This document shows, in pieces, positions 49,901 to 58,200 of a DNA stretch of 64,000 bases. The stretch spans positions 62,001 through 126,000 of the forward strand of contig NC_092675.1 of NCBI RefSeq assembly GCF_964355755.1, read 5' to 3'. Source of the DNA: Antedon mediterranea. Taxonomy: Eukaryota > Animalia > Echinodermata. Made by a program: the position numbers and the translations under genes. Each line of letters begins with the position of its first letter. Position 1 is the first letter of the stretch. The notes beneath the pieces are model-generated. The model did not search any database. It was not told the DNA's origin and saw only the letters and a program-made list of their open reading frames with translations.

Positions 49901-51150
49901 TGGAAGTGTATGCAAATTACACTAAAATAATACAATGTAATTAGGACAATATAGCACCCTCTATATAGTTTATAAATTAAAGTAACTTAATCTTCCACAA
50001 TTATTGACATTATCTTTATAATTGTTATTACTTTACACACAAAAAAGTTACATCAATTGCGTTTAGTTGTCAACATCATCCAAATGGTTAATGAATGTTC
50101 TATTTTTAGCATGTGCAAGTGATCCCTGTTACAATTCAGGAACGTGTGTTCCAGTGGTAGACGGCTACGCTTGTGAATGTGTCACGGGATTTTCTGGAAA
50201 TCAGTGCATCATAGATGGTACATTAAAATCAACCATAATTTTTCAATTGTTAGGAAACTATAATATATTAACGGTATCGATTTTGTGGGATAGTTAGATA
50301 ATAAATGATGGTGAGTGTGGTGATCAATAGAGCGGTGACTTGAATATGATAATATAAAGAACAACAAGTTAGTATTTATAAAATTGTGATAGATATTAAT
50401 ATTGTATTTCTTAGTTTGTGCCAACGTGTCATGCTCTAACAATGGTGCATGTGTTCGCCAGAATATCTCTTTCTACCAATGCATTTGTAAGGCAGGATAT
50501 TCAGGAATCCAATGTGGCGATAAATGTAAGTAATAGAAAATGACCATTTGTGAACATTCGTAAGGCCTATCTTTGAAATAAACCTCTGTGTTCCTTCTTG
50601 TAACGACCATGTATTGATTATTTTCATGTACCAAAAAAAAGGTTTAACAATTTACTACCTGTATGTAGTTTACTACGGTACTCTACGGTATTTCTCTAAC
50701 ATTGGGAAAAATACTGGATCCATTTGTGTTCACTTGTTGCCAATTTACTTTCATATTTTCAGATTTAAAGAACATGATTATCACCCTTCCTATCATTGTT
50801 GTACTCGTCATGGTTGTCGTCATCGTGTTGATAAGAATGCACAGGTAACTTGGTTTTATTATGATTTTTAAGCTAAAAAAGAACAGTCGTCATGATATTA
50901 AATATGCAACACAATTTTCTTCATAGGAGAAACAAACATACAATTACAAAACTCGAAGTTTCTGGTGCAACAACTGATCCTAAAATAGTTGAATGTCTTG
51001 GAGTGACAAATTTGGCGATGCACAATTGTAATCTAAATGAGGGTAAGATACATGATTATATTATATTTAATTAATATAACACTACCAAACTATTAACTAG
51101 TTTATTTTAACAATATTTTTTTTTTTTTTTTTTTTTGCATTTCAGATTAA
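34920..51150 (+). CDS. type I membrane protein with tandem EGF-like repeats (signal peptide, 6 intact + 3 defective EGF exons, TM, short tail); may be a pseudogene
   Basis: Signal exon 34920-34977 (MRSWLLKLFFLLFKATVLFG). Intact phase 1-1 EGF exons: 35557-35667, 36611-36721, 37157-37267, 49756-49863, 50110-50217, 50415-50525. TM exon 50763-50844 (MIITLPIIVVLVMVVVIVLI). Tail exons 50927-51042 and 51146-51150 (TAA). These exons total 921 nt in frame (306 aa). Confidence 0.75.
35135..37074 (+). pseudogene. three defective EGF exons within gene 2
   Basis: ~35135-35237 lacks Cys1 and an in-phase acceptor. 36282-~36393 has an in-frame TGA at 36323-36325 and a poor donor. 36962-37074 is 113 nt, with a 2-nt insertion (cgaggtGTcctggt) relative to its 111-nt siblings. 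Confidence 0.75.
37793..38183 (+). repeat. 5' LTR (391 bp)
   Basis: tgtcatattatttatg...aataatcactaca, matching the three pieces of the 3' LTR. Confidence 0.96.
38184..38197 (+). promoter_or_regulatory. primer-binding site complementary to the tRNA-Leu 3' end
   Basis: tggtggcagcggtg directly follows the LTR and is the reverse complement of CACCGCTGCCA-CCA, the 3' end of metazoan tRNA-Leu(AAG/TAG). Confidence 0.85.
38733..39818 (+). CDS. gag: Gypsy Gag (capsid with SCAN-like C-terminal part; CCHC knuckle split by a frameshift)
   Basis: DIDIYFRTFE...W...L.P.LSGKA..AY...YDTLKKAIL..Y...YR.KFR...EQALDKMPEDLR. CFNCKER continues as GHKIGDCP in the shifted frame at ~39806. Confidence 0.9.
   Translation: MTTLRSGKNIDKTMSDKDTREDMVDQEEVDQVNEIYDKMARDIDLPEIPGGMPKDMMLEYFRMKFEAENKKLEYQLRLEADIEQRKIESQERVKMMELENRSSYNNARNIVDEMKVKVPTLKESDDIDIYFRTFEHLAEATGWDKNTWSARLAPELSGKARTAYASLTVKECVDYDTLKKAILEKYDVSAETYRFKFRNSNRVKDMSIREWLNELSHYLKCWMKCANVKEDDAAGIIEMIIMEQALDKMPEDLRLYLRDKQVNKSYDMAMIADDYIANRGGRGYWNAVNSENKPTYYKGQENSKPKNSTTQNNPGARQQGYNRYRGRGGKFHNYGRNFQQREPSNEWINGLCFNCKERDIK
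39833..40564 (+). CDS. pol: Gypsy aspartic protease region (frameshifted segment of gag-pol)
   Basis: LRDSGC active-site motif, GIGG flap and MLLGHD. Confidence 0.88.
   Translation: MVAKGKTSDTKKGPNVKDGLRCEGIKSDRPQVVMDSVENKMEKCTIPGKLEGQDITMLRDSGCTQSAVKESLVPNKCYLPGKWVTLRGIGGDITVPLAEVAIESKIVTRKVIVAVIEGLQRDMLLGHDLDQNCGETMAKEMFVLTREQARIENDVRIQDEMILLGKDSNFKPIEEPPKETNVQLLKTVVNDNKVNKIKCLDDMNGTEMNNLFDENEDKAKDKTVKRKTYEQQHKLNLTILNKN
40659..43340 (+). CDS. pol: Gypsy Pol: integrase - reverse transcriptase - RNase H
   Basis: HHCC (HNVPFAGH...CKECQ), DIVGP/DQG/ERFHG DDE core and WQGPF come first. RT follows (LDLTKGFYQ, LPFG, YIDD), then RNase H (DASNYGIGAVL, EKECL, TDH, ADGLSR). Confidence 0.97.
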   Translation: MRQGILMRNWSSIKDKNNQVEQIVLPTQCRQGVLHLGHNVPFAGHMGVEKTKSRVLNQFYWPGIFKDVVVYCKVCKECQKVDKGKSKRKHTLIPLPIISTPFKRIAIDIVGPLSRTSRNNKYMLTIIDYATRYLDAIPLPNVRAETVARALIEVFTRVGLPEEIVHDQGTNFMSSIMQSICSMLGINQLKTTVFHPQSNGLVERFHGTLKNMIRTLTVKQRKNWDNYIPPFLFAYREVPSKATGHSPFKLLYGREVRGPLSLLKSNWVEDEETSTDVIKYMLDIREKIEELMKDANVNKLEQQEIMSHNYNKNAIDREFVEGDKVLIFLPVGNSKLDSKWQGPFTVTKKVNDVNYEICIGGRRKEKQILHVNMLKRWYDKVEISKDGYYVVTNVQSIEEVDLNETVHDNELDSEIDIGLSYHQSQTWRDVNVSSNLNDTQTKQLTELLKYQQNVFSDVPGRTHLVTHEIKTNGEMPIRHRAYRTPQALKGKLKEELDSMLVMGIIEPTVSAYAAPIIALKKGQNQIRMVTDFRSLNKTTQFDPYVMPRIDEMLDEVSSAIYITTLDLTKGFYQVPLDPKTKDKSAFITQFGQYCYNVLPFGMQNSSSTFQRLMDKVLQGTEGYAKAYIDDICIYSQTWKDHIFHLNDVLERLSSAGLTAKPLKCKIAYAQVEFLGHKIGNGEIRPMIHKVEAVEKFPRPLSKKQVRSFLGLTGYYRKFVQNYADIAKPLIDLTLKSKSNTVKWNEQCENAFVTLKKRLTDDNVLKAPNFDKMFILQTDASNYGIGAVLSQIDGAGNDYPIVYLSRKLSVHEQRYSVPEKECLSIVWAINKLKYYLYGCEFQVHTDHQALRWMDSMKGANVRLMRWALFLQGYKFKVIYKKGSLNGNADGLSRA
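43431..43441 (+). promoter_or_regulatory. polypurine tract
   Basis: aaaaaggggaa lies directly before the 3' LTR start at 43442. Confidence 0.9.
43635..45273. mobile_element. non-autonomous hAT-type DNA transposon (1639 bp)
   Basis: 8-bp TSD GAATAAGA (43627-34, 45274-81), imperfect TIR CATAGTTGCCA / TGGCAACGCTG, subterminal ggcatt/ggcata motifs, internal ~203-bp repeats, no transposase. Confidence 0.9.
45554..48338 (-). pseudogene. LINE ORF2 (AP endonuclease + reverse transcriptase), disrupted
   Basis: YTNCDSL, GDFN, LDLVL, SDH; KSAGPDG, NYRPVSLTS, QFGFR, DYKKAFDSV, GIPQGS, FADD. There is an in-frame TAG at 46533-46535 and a +1 frameshift near 46125 (EVKQEKDLG is restored by removing one A). 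Confidence 0.93.
48385..49269 (-). CDS. LINE ORF1 (PHD finger, coiled coil, L1-ORF1-like C-terminus)
   Basis: CGSC...CGLCKLWFHIDC...WYCRSC; ERLKRKSNLMLY; RVGK...RPIKVVF. Confidence 0.9.
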   Translation of the reverse strand: MASKSKDQGARPKPRSRNAGGTVDKTVVDIEGEDECGSCGGHFMSGGKSVLCGLCKLWFHIDCQKINEAKYKWLSKDDSSIFWYCRSCSVSVGNFMGLINNVNETQKTMIKTIEAIKSEVEINKEDIKKLSQSSSVVNNEDVKTIIENRLKDENERLKRKSNLMLYRIDESKSNDSDRRKNDDLSKLAGIFEDIDLEVEMRTFFRVGKHREDGCRPIKVVFKEECIKRDAFEIAIQKNCAVSNDRTIKKRDEYNKLRDILRDRQSKGEKDLVIRRGKITRFRSQSTTQSEENTA

Positions 51151-52133
51151 ATGTAACATGACAATTATTTGAAAAGAATTTAATTGTTACGATATTATAT
51201 ATTCAAAAAGAAGAAAGATGAACAAATAGTTATAAAAACATAGGTTAGAGTAATATTGTTTGTGTGTTTAACTAAATTGTAGCGTAAATTATTGTCTAGA
51301 ATATTTTACGAATTAGGCCTTCTAAACATGTAAAAGCAACAATAGGCTACTGCTCACACAGTGTTTTTTATTATTTCCTACTGTACTTCAAGCCAAGAAA
51401 ATAGGTTAATTTTACGCCGTATGTTTAAATAACTTTCGTGAGGATATGTATAAACATGTCCTAATATTATTAAGAAAGAAAAACATTGTCAGATGAATAA
51501 TGAACCTATAAACTTTAAATGAATCCGGAGGATAGTATGCATACCTTGGTTTCCTGTTTTTAATAATGATTCGCGGAATAATGAATATTTAATGCTACCA
51601 ATCGTATTCAGAATTCTCTCAACTAATATCTGCAGCATTTTTTGGTAATCTAATGTGGTCATTTATATTATTAGTATTTCATTATAATTACTTGTAAGCC
51701 GAAATATGTTCATTGTCAAGGTAGTATGATTTTCTGATTTTTTTGTCTCATACAAATGAAACCAATAAAAGATGAATTGAATTTATTTAATGTTAAGGGC
51801 GAATCTATGATTGTAGGGTTATGAGGTACTAACCAGCACAAACCTTTCCTAAGAGACTCTATTTTGTCCATTTGTGCACTTCCTATAAATGGCATGAGTC
51901 CCTTGGTACCCTCTAAACCGGCCTATGGATGTTATATTTTGACATCTGTAGAATGTAAATTATTTATTTATTATCGTACCAATAATGACGATTATTTTAT
52001 CATGACTGATGGTTTACACATAATAGCGGTAAGTAGGCCTACTTGTGGTGATTCAATAATGAACCGAACGAAATTGTCGAAATATGACAACCGACTGAGT
52101 GAGTGTTTGAATACAATACAGAGAGATTAAGAA

Positions 52134-55082
52134 ATGCATCAGAAAATAAGAAGACAATTATTAATTCATTTATTCATATCTGCTGACGAAAATGACACAT
52201 GGAACAATAATCTATTTCTGGAAGACAACATCCGGATTGAAAGTAGAACGAATTCTGATTGTATACTAAATTGCTACGGTAAAGATATATTAGAATTTTG
52301 CAAAGAAACTGGTATGCGAATCACAAATGGTAGAATTGATAAAGAATCATCCAGTGGTTTTACATTTATCAGTTCACAAGGTAAAAGTGTATGTGATTAC
52401 CTTCTTACTAACTCAAACAACTTTAAACTAATATCTTATTTAAGAATTGATGACCGTGTTGAATCGGATCATATGCCAATTGCCTTTAGTATTCAATTCA
52501 AAGACAAAGAACACACCAAAATGATTGTCAATGAAGATGACACGTTTACCCAGAGTACGTTCAAATGGTCCAACAGTTACATTAATGCATCCAAAGTCAG
52601 ATGGGAACATGATATCATTGAAACTATTGATAATGATTTTATGAATGCTATCTCTCAAAATAAAATTGATGAGGCAGTTTCACATTTATGTAAAATTTTT
52701 GAATACGTATGTAAAGGAATTAAGTATACACAAACAAGTAAGTCTTCAACTTCTACAAAACGAAACGAATGGTTTGATAAAGATTGTAAGAACCTTAAAA
52801 TGCAGGTTAAACAATCATTAAAGAGATTTAGAATTATGCGCACTCAACCTTTTTTAAATAATTATATTCAGATAAAAAAGCAATATAAATCGCTATTAAA
52901 ATGCAAAAAAAATAACTTTCATAAAAGAATACGCAAACAAATTATCGATTCACTCAATACAAAGGATAGCAAAACGTTTTGGATGAAGTTGAAGACAAAA
53001 CAGAAATTATCTTGCGAACTTTCTATTAATCAATGTTATATTCATTTTAAGAACCTATTTAAAAACGATGAGTCTATTGGTAGCGCTGAGTTGCCAAAAA
53101 TCACAGAATGCCAACAGAATGAAGACGATGATAATTTAGACCACGACATAACGGTGGATGAAATAAAAAAAGCATTTAATTCTCAAAATAGTGGAAAAGC
53201 TCCCGGCATTGATGGAATGAATTTTGAATTTTTGCTAAACGCCCCCAACATTATTTTTGATATTTTAAAAATTCTTTTTAACGCCATATTTTTAGTTGAA
53301 AAATTTCCCAAACAATGGGCAACAAGCTTAATCGTTCCAATTTTTAAAAATGGAGATAAAAACAAACCTGAAAATTATAGAGGTATTTCTTTAATTCCAA
53401 TCCTAGGAAAAATATTTTTAAATATTCTTAATTCTAGGTTAACACAATTTACAAATAGCAAAAAGTTAATTCATGAGGAACAAGCAGGCTTTCGTAAGGG
53501 ATATAGAACGACAGATAATATATTCATTTTAGATACCCTCATCTCTAAATACTTAGATAAAAAGCGGGGTAGGATTTCTGTTTGTTTTGTTGATCTTAAA
53601 CGTGCCTTTGACTCTATAAATCATACACTTTTACTACATAAGTTGAAATGTATCGGTGTTTCAGGCAGAATGTTACACATAATAAATTCCTTATACCAAA
53701 ACTTATCTGCTCATGTTAAAATTGGCAACAAACTTAGTCCATCTTTTAATTGTTCGATTGGAGTACAACAAGGTTCTCCGTTGTCGTCTTTACTCTTTAA
53801 TATTTACATTAATGATTTGAGTGGTATACTTAATCAGGTAAACGATTTCATTCAAATTGGAGATTGTCATATGAATCATCTTCTTTATGCAGATGACTTA
53901 GTGCTTGTTAGTGATACGGTGAAAGGTCTCCAAAAATTAATAAATAAACTTGAACTTTATTGTGATACTTGGAAACTTACTGTAAACACTACAAAATCCA
54001 AAATTATGGTTTTTAAAAATGGCCGCAATTTAAGGAACATTGAAAAATGGAAGTATAAAAATATTCAATTAAAAATTGTTAATTCGTATAATTATCTTGG
54101 TGTTATTTTTAGTTCAAATGGTGCATGGAACAACTCAATGCAACATAATCAACAAAAAGCAAATCAAAGTTTATTCTGCTTAAAATCATTCATTTATCGT
54201 AACTTATCTTTTCTTCCAATTAATACATGGAACCATATTTTTGATGTGAAAATACTTCCTATTTTAACGTATGGAAGCGAAATCTGGGGAATGTCAGATA
54301 GCACAAACATTATAGAAAAAACACATACTAAATTTTGTAGATATTTATTGCAAGTTGGAAAAAATGCACCAAATGCCGCTGTTACTTCTGAGTTAGGTAG
54401 ATTACCACTTTCTTTGGATTGTTTAGTTACAGTTATAAGATTTTGGTTACATATTATTACTTTAGATCATGACAGATTCATTTTTAAGTGTTATGAGTTT
54501 CAACTTAGAAAAGTTAACCGTAATGAGAATTGTTGGGCACAACAGGTCAAACACTTACTCTTTTCTACTGGTTTTGGTTATATATGGTTACAACAATATG
54601 TTAATAGTAAAGGTTTATTTTTGAGAGAATTTAAGTTGCGCTTATGTGATATTGAAAAACAAAAATGCATTCAAAAATTTAGTTTACATAATAAGTTAAG
54701 GCTCTTTTCTCTTTATAAAAAAGAAATATGTTTAAGTTATCACTTGACCAACATCATTAATTTTAAACAAAGAAGATTATTAACTAAGTTACGTTTAGGG
54801 ATATTAGAGCTAGAAATTGAAAAGGGCAGATGGGAGGGTGTAGAAAGATATAAGAGAACGTGTAAATTATGTAAAAAGAACATTGTTGAGGATGAATATC
54901 ATTTTATTTTGCAATGCACATTTTACAATGATTTAAGAAAAAGTTTTATTCCAAGATTTATTCGTGTTTTTCCTTCTATTAATAAGCTTTGTTTATTACT
55001 TTCCAACACAAATTTTACTTATAATTTAGGAAAATACGTCTACTTTGCTTTTGAAAGAAGAAACCATTATCTTAAGTTATAG
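52134..55082 (+). CDS. LINE ORF2: C-terminal part of AP endonuclease, RT, C-terminal CCHC motif (first ~15 codons are host flank)
   Basis: DYLL...SDHMPI; GKAPGIDG; NYRGISL; QAGFRKG; DLKRAFDS; GVQQGS; YADD; CKLC...EDEYHFILQC. No internal stop. Confidence 0.93.
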   Translation: MHQKIRRQLLIHLFISADENDTWNNNLFLEDNIRIESRTNSDCILNCYGKDILEFCKETGMRITNGRIDKESSSGFTFISSQGKSVCDYLLTNSNNFKLISYLRIDDRVESDHMPIAFSIQFKDKEHTKMIVNEDDTFTQSTFKWSNSYINASKVRWEHDIIETIDNDFMNAISQNKIDEAVSHLCKIFEYVCKGIKYTQTSKSSTSTKRNEWFDKDCKNLKMQVKQSLKRFRIMRTQPFLNNYIQIKKQYKSLLKCKKNNFHKRIRKQIIDSLNTKDSKTFWMKLKTKQKLSCELSINQCYIHFKNLFKNDESIGSAELPKITECQQNEDDDNLDHDITVDEIKKAFNSQNSGKAPGIDGMNFEFLLNAPNIIFDILKILFNAIFLVEKFPKQWATSLIVPIFKNGDKNKPENYRGISLIPILGKIFLNILNSRLTQFTNSKKLIHEEQAGFRKGYRTTDNIFILDTLISKYLDKKRGRISVCFVDLKRAFDSINHTLLLHKLKCIGVSGRMLHIINSLYQNLSAHVKIGNKLSPSFNCSIGVQQGSPLSSLLFNIYINDLSGILNQVNDFIQIGDCHMNHLLYADDLVLVSDTVKGLQKLINKLELYCDTWKLTVNTTKSKIMVFKNGRNLRNIEKWKYKNIQLKIVNSYNYLGVIFSSNGAWNNSMQHNQQKANQSLFCLKSFIYRNLSFLPINTWNHIFDVKILPILTYGSEIWGMSDSTNIIEKTHTKFCRYLLQVGKNAPNAAVTSELGRLPLSLDCLVTVIRFWLHIITLDHDRFIFKCYEFQLRKVNRNENCWAQQVKHLLFSTGFGYIWLQQYVNSKGLFLREFKLRLCDIEKQKCIQKFSLHNKLRLFSLYKKEICLSYHLTNIINFKQRRLLTKLRLGILELEIEKGRWEGVERYKRTCKLCKKNIVEDEYHFILQCTFYNDLRKSFIPRFIRVFPSINKLCLLLSNTNFTYNLGKYVYFAFERRNHYLKL

Positions 55083-55166
55083 TTAATTTTTATATGTTTG
55101 TATTAGGGCCAAAGGCCAATATACTTTGAACCAATAAATTCCCTGAAAAGGGAAAGAAGAAGAAGA
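52179..55166 (+). mobile_element. 5'-truncated LINE (RTE-X-like; clade tentative)
   Basis: Candidate TSD ATTCATA (52172-78, 55167-73), aataaa and a (GAA)n tail. Confidence 0.85.
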
Positions 55167-55243
55167 ATTCATAATACGGGCATTAATAATTATGATGTGG
55201 TAATCTAATTTTATTTATTTTACTTTTTATTTCATTACTTTAG

Positions 55244-58200
55244 TTCACGAGGCATATAATAGTTCTTCATATGTTACAGGTATATGCATTATTATACATT
55301 TGGTACTGAAACAATAAATTAAGAAAACTTGAAGATCTTAGAATTTTCATAAATTAATGTTTCACTGTTTTTCCAGATATTGTGTGATCAGAGATCTGAT
55401 GGTAATTATGCTCATCCGACTAACTGTTCTGTCTACGTGCCCTGTGTAAATGGCGGAAGTGTAGTTCAGCCATGTCCTAAAGGATTGGTCGAGAAAACGT
55501 ACCTTGCTGCGCTAACATTAGTTCCACACCAGCAGATGGTAACTACACATAATTATGACTTCCGGTTATCTTTCTTTTTAAACAGATTAGTAATGAAGTT
55601 ACTGTATGCTTTCTTAGACGCGTTGTGCACTTTATTTCGCATACATTTATATTATTCCAATCCAAAGTACTGCTTAATCTACGAGCTTTTTTAAACAGAG
55701 CCCGTTTCATAAGAATAAGTCTATGAACCACAGGCGATATCCAGGGTTTGGCTTTTTTCCAGGAGCGACGAACTGGAATACTATCATCGACACAAGCGAA
55801 AGGAAATCCGAAAACTTATCCCATGCCACATGATGTCAGTGAAGTCAATTAACTCCCATGCAATCGAAATTAGGCTCTGATAATGTTCAATGTCTGCTTT
55901 GTGGTACTGAGACCACTTTTGGAAGTTTTCCAGGAGATCCGCGAATTATAAACGTTACCATATGATGGTCAGAATTGGCAAGACCTGCATCAATTTTTAC
56001 TTCGCACAAACGATCCGGGCGAGAAGTAAATATAAGATCAATTATTGTATTAGAACTAAAATCATTCGATGATTTAGTTACGTCAAGAACCAGTTGATGA
56101 ATATACATTCACTCTAGGTTAGTTTTTAAGGGAGTATTTACCTTATGTTGATAATCAATGTTAAATTCTCCCTGTAAAGTGTGTTGGGGGATGATAAAAA
56201 GTACACATAGGCCTAATGAGGTAATTACCTCAAGCTTAACTGGAAAATGACGAAATTCAGACCCACGGCAGCCTACCAGATCAGCCACCGGGGACGACCC
56301 CCTACTCTCTAGGCTTTACGTCCCATCCGAAGGACGAGTCAATTGGATAAACGCATGTCAATTACCAATTATATAGAAATAATTTTTTTTTTGTTTTTTT
56401 AAATTTTGTTAAAGATGACAAATGTTATGAAAACTTATTTAATTTTTAATATTATTTGTTTATTCATTATAATTATTCCTCTACCACATACGCACTCTTT
56501 TGTGTATACAGGTAGGCTTAATACTTTTCTATTAAACAACAATGCACAAGCTACGTAATTATTTTCTTTATTTTGTGTATTACAGACAACAATGTAAAGA
56601 CCAATATCAGACAGAGAATTGTGTTTTAAAACTAAAAATAACATCAAACAGTTGACAGATTTAATACAAAGAACGAACTTAGTAACAAAGAGCTATATAA
56701 ACATAATATGAATCTACTGTAACTATTGTAATATTTGCAATGCATTTAAATCACGAAATAATATCATGAGAATAAATTTACAGCAAGTGAATGCAGCTTG
56801 TTAATATGTGGCAATTGGTTACCAGGGTTTTCCTCATCTGTAGGTTGATTCATAGTGTACACTGTCAAGGTATTTTGATTTGATTTTATTGTTTTAGAAA
56901 TAGAATACGTGTTTCTCTTTTCTGTGCATTAGTATTATTAGTATTATATTGTATATAATATAATAATATATTATTGAGTTTGTATTTAGTAAGGACTATA
57001 TCGTCCTTCTTTTCTAGAATGTATATAGTATCACATTTCAATGCTCTAAAGTAAATATTAAATAGATTTGTTTTCTTGCGTTATTCAACAGATCTATGTA
57101 ATCCCAATCCGTGTCCAGGTGGAGCAACATGTACTTCGTCGGCTATAGGGTATTTTTGCGAATGTCTTGACAGTTTTTATGCACTTATTGAAAACTGCCA
57201 AGTTTATAACTGTAAGTTACTCTTAACTTTGTTATTATACTAGCATTAAAATACTTTATGTTGCATTACGATATTTAAAAAGAAGGTAATCAAGCCACTG
57301 TCGCACACCGGCGACCAAACCTGTACTTCACAGCTGGGAGATATGACGTATAATTATGAGTAGGCCTACTACTGTATCTCGTCTGCCCCTACGACCACCT
57401 AGGTCATTGGAAAATTTACGAACGAATCAAGGCAATAGAGTGACTTACCGTATACTATAATAACATATATTTTAGGCTAAACATCATAAATAAAAAGAAA
57501 ATGTCTGGATATAGGTTTTTAATTACTTACTTTTTATAGAACTTCAATTTCATAAGCCTTGTTTTAATTTTAAACTATATTATTACTTTTTCTTCACATT
57601 ATTGTGCCTTTTTGTTTAATTTTATTTGTCAATTAGACGAAAGAAAGAAGTGTTTTTTTTTTATATATATATTTATTTATCTGGAGGACCAAACTTAAAG
57701 CCTTGGCTTAATGTGTCCTCCTCACACAATTATATTTATTAATTTATGTTCTGTATTATATTGTATATTGTATTGTGTGAATAATAATATAAACTTGATT
57801 GACTTGACATACTTATACATTTATTGTTCTTACTAGTATTGTGTTACATATTAAATAAGTACTAAACAAAGTGGTGTAAATTTCATTCCAACATAGTAAT
57901 ATAGATTGAACGAAAACAAATTGTGACGGCACCTATGCTACAGCCATGAACGGAATAAACTTCCAAGTGCTATTAACAATGCCAACAGCCATTAAGTCGC
58001 GTGCTACAATGCATGATACCGGACCGACAGACAGACCGACCGACCGACATAGTGAACTATAGAGTCGCGTCCACGCGACTAAAAACACTGACAATATGCG
58101 GATGTTTAGGAAACTAAACACCAATTATTGACGCAAAGAAATCTTAGAGTTAAGTTATTCTAAAACAATTCGGTCGCTTGCATTTTATTTCTTTCGGAAC

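Noticed and set aside
35557-50525. Calling the EGF gene Notch, Delta, crumbs or fibropellin
   Set aside because: No DSL, LNR, ankyrin, laminin-G, CUB or avidin exons, and no calcium-binding EGF consensus. No gene symbol is justified.
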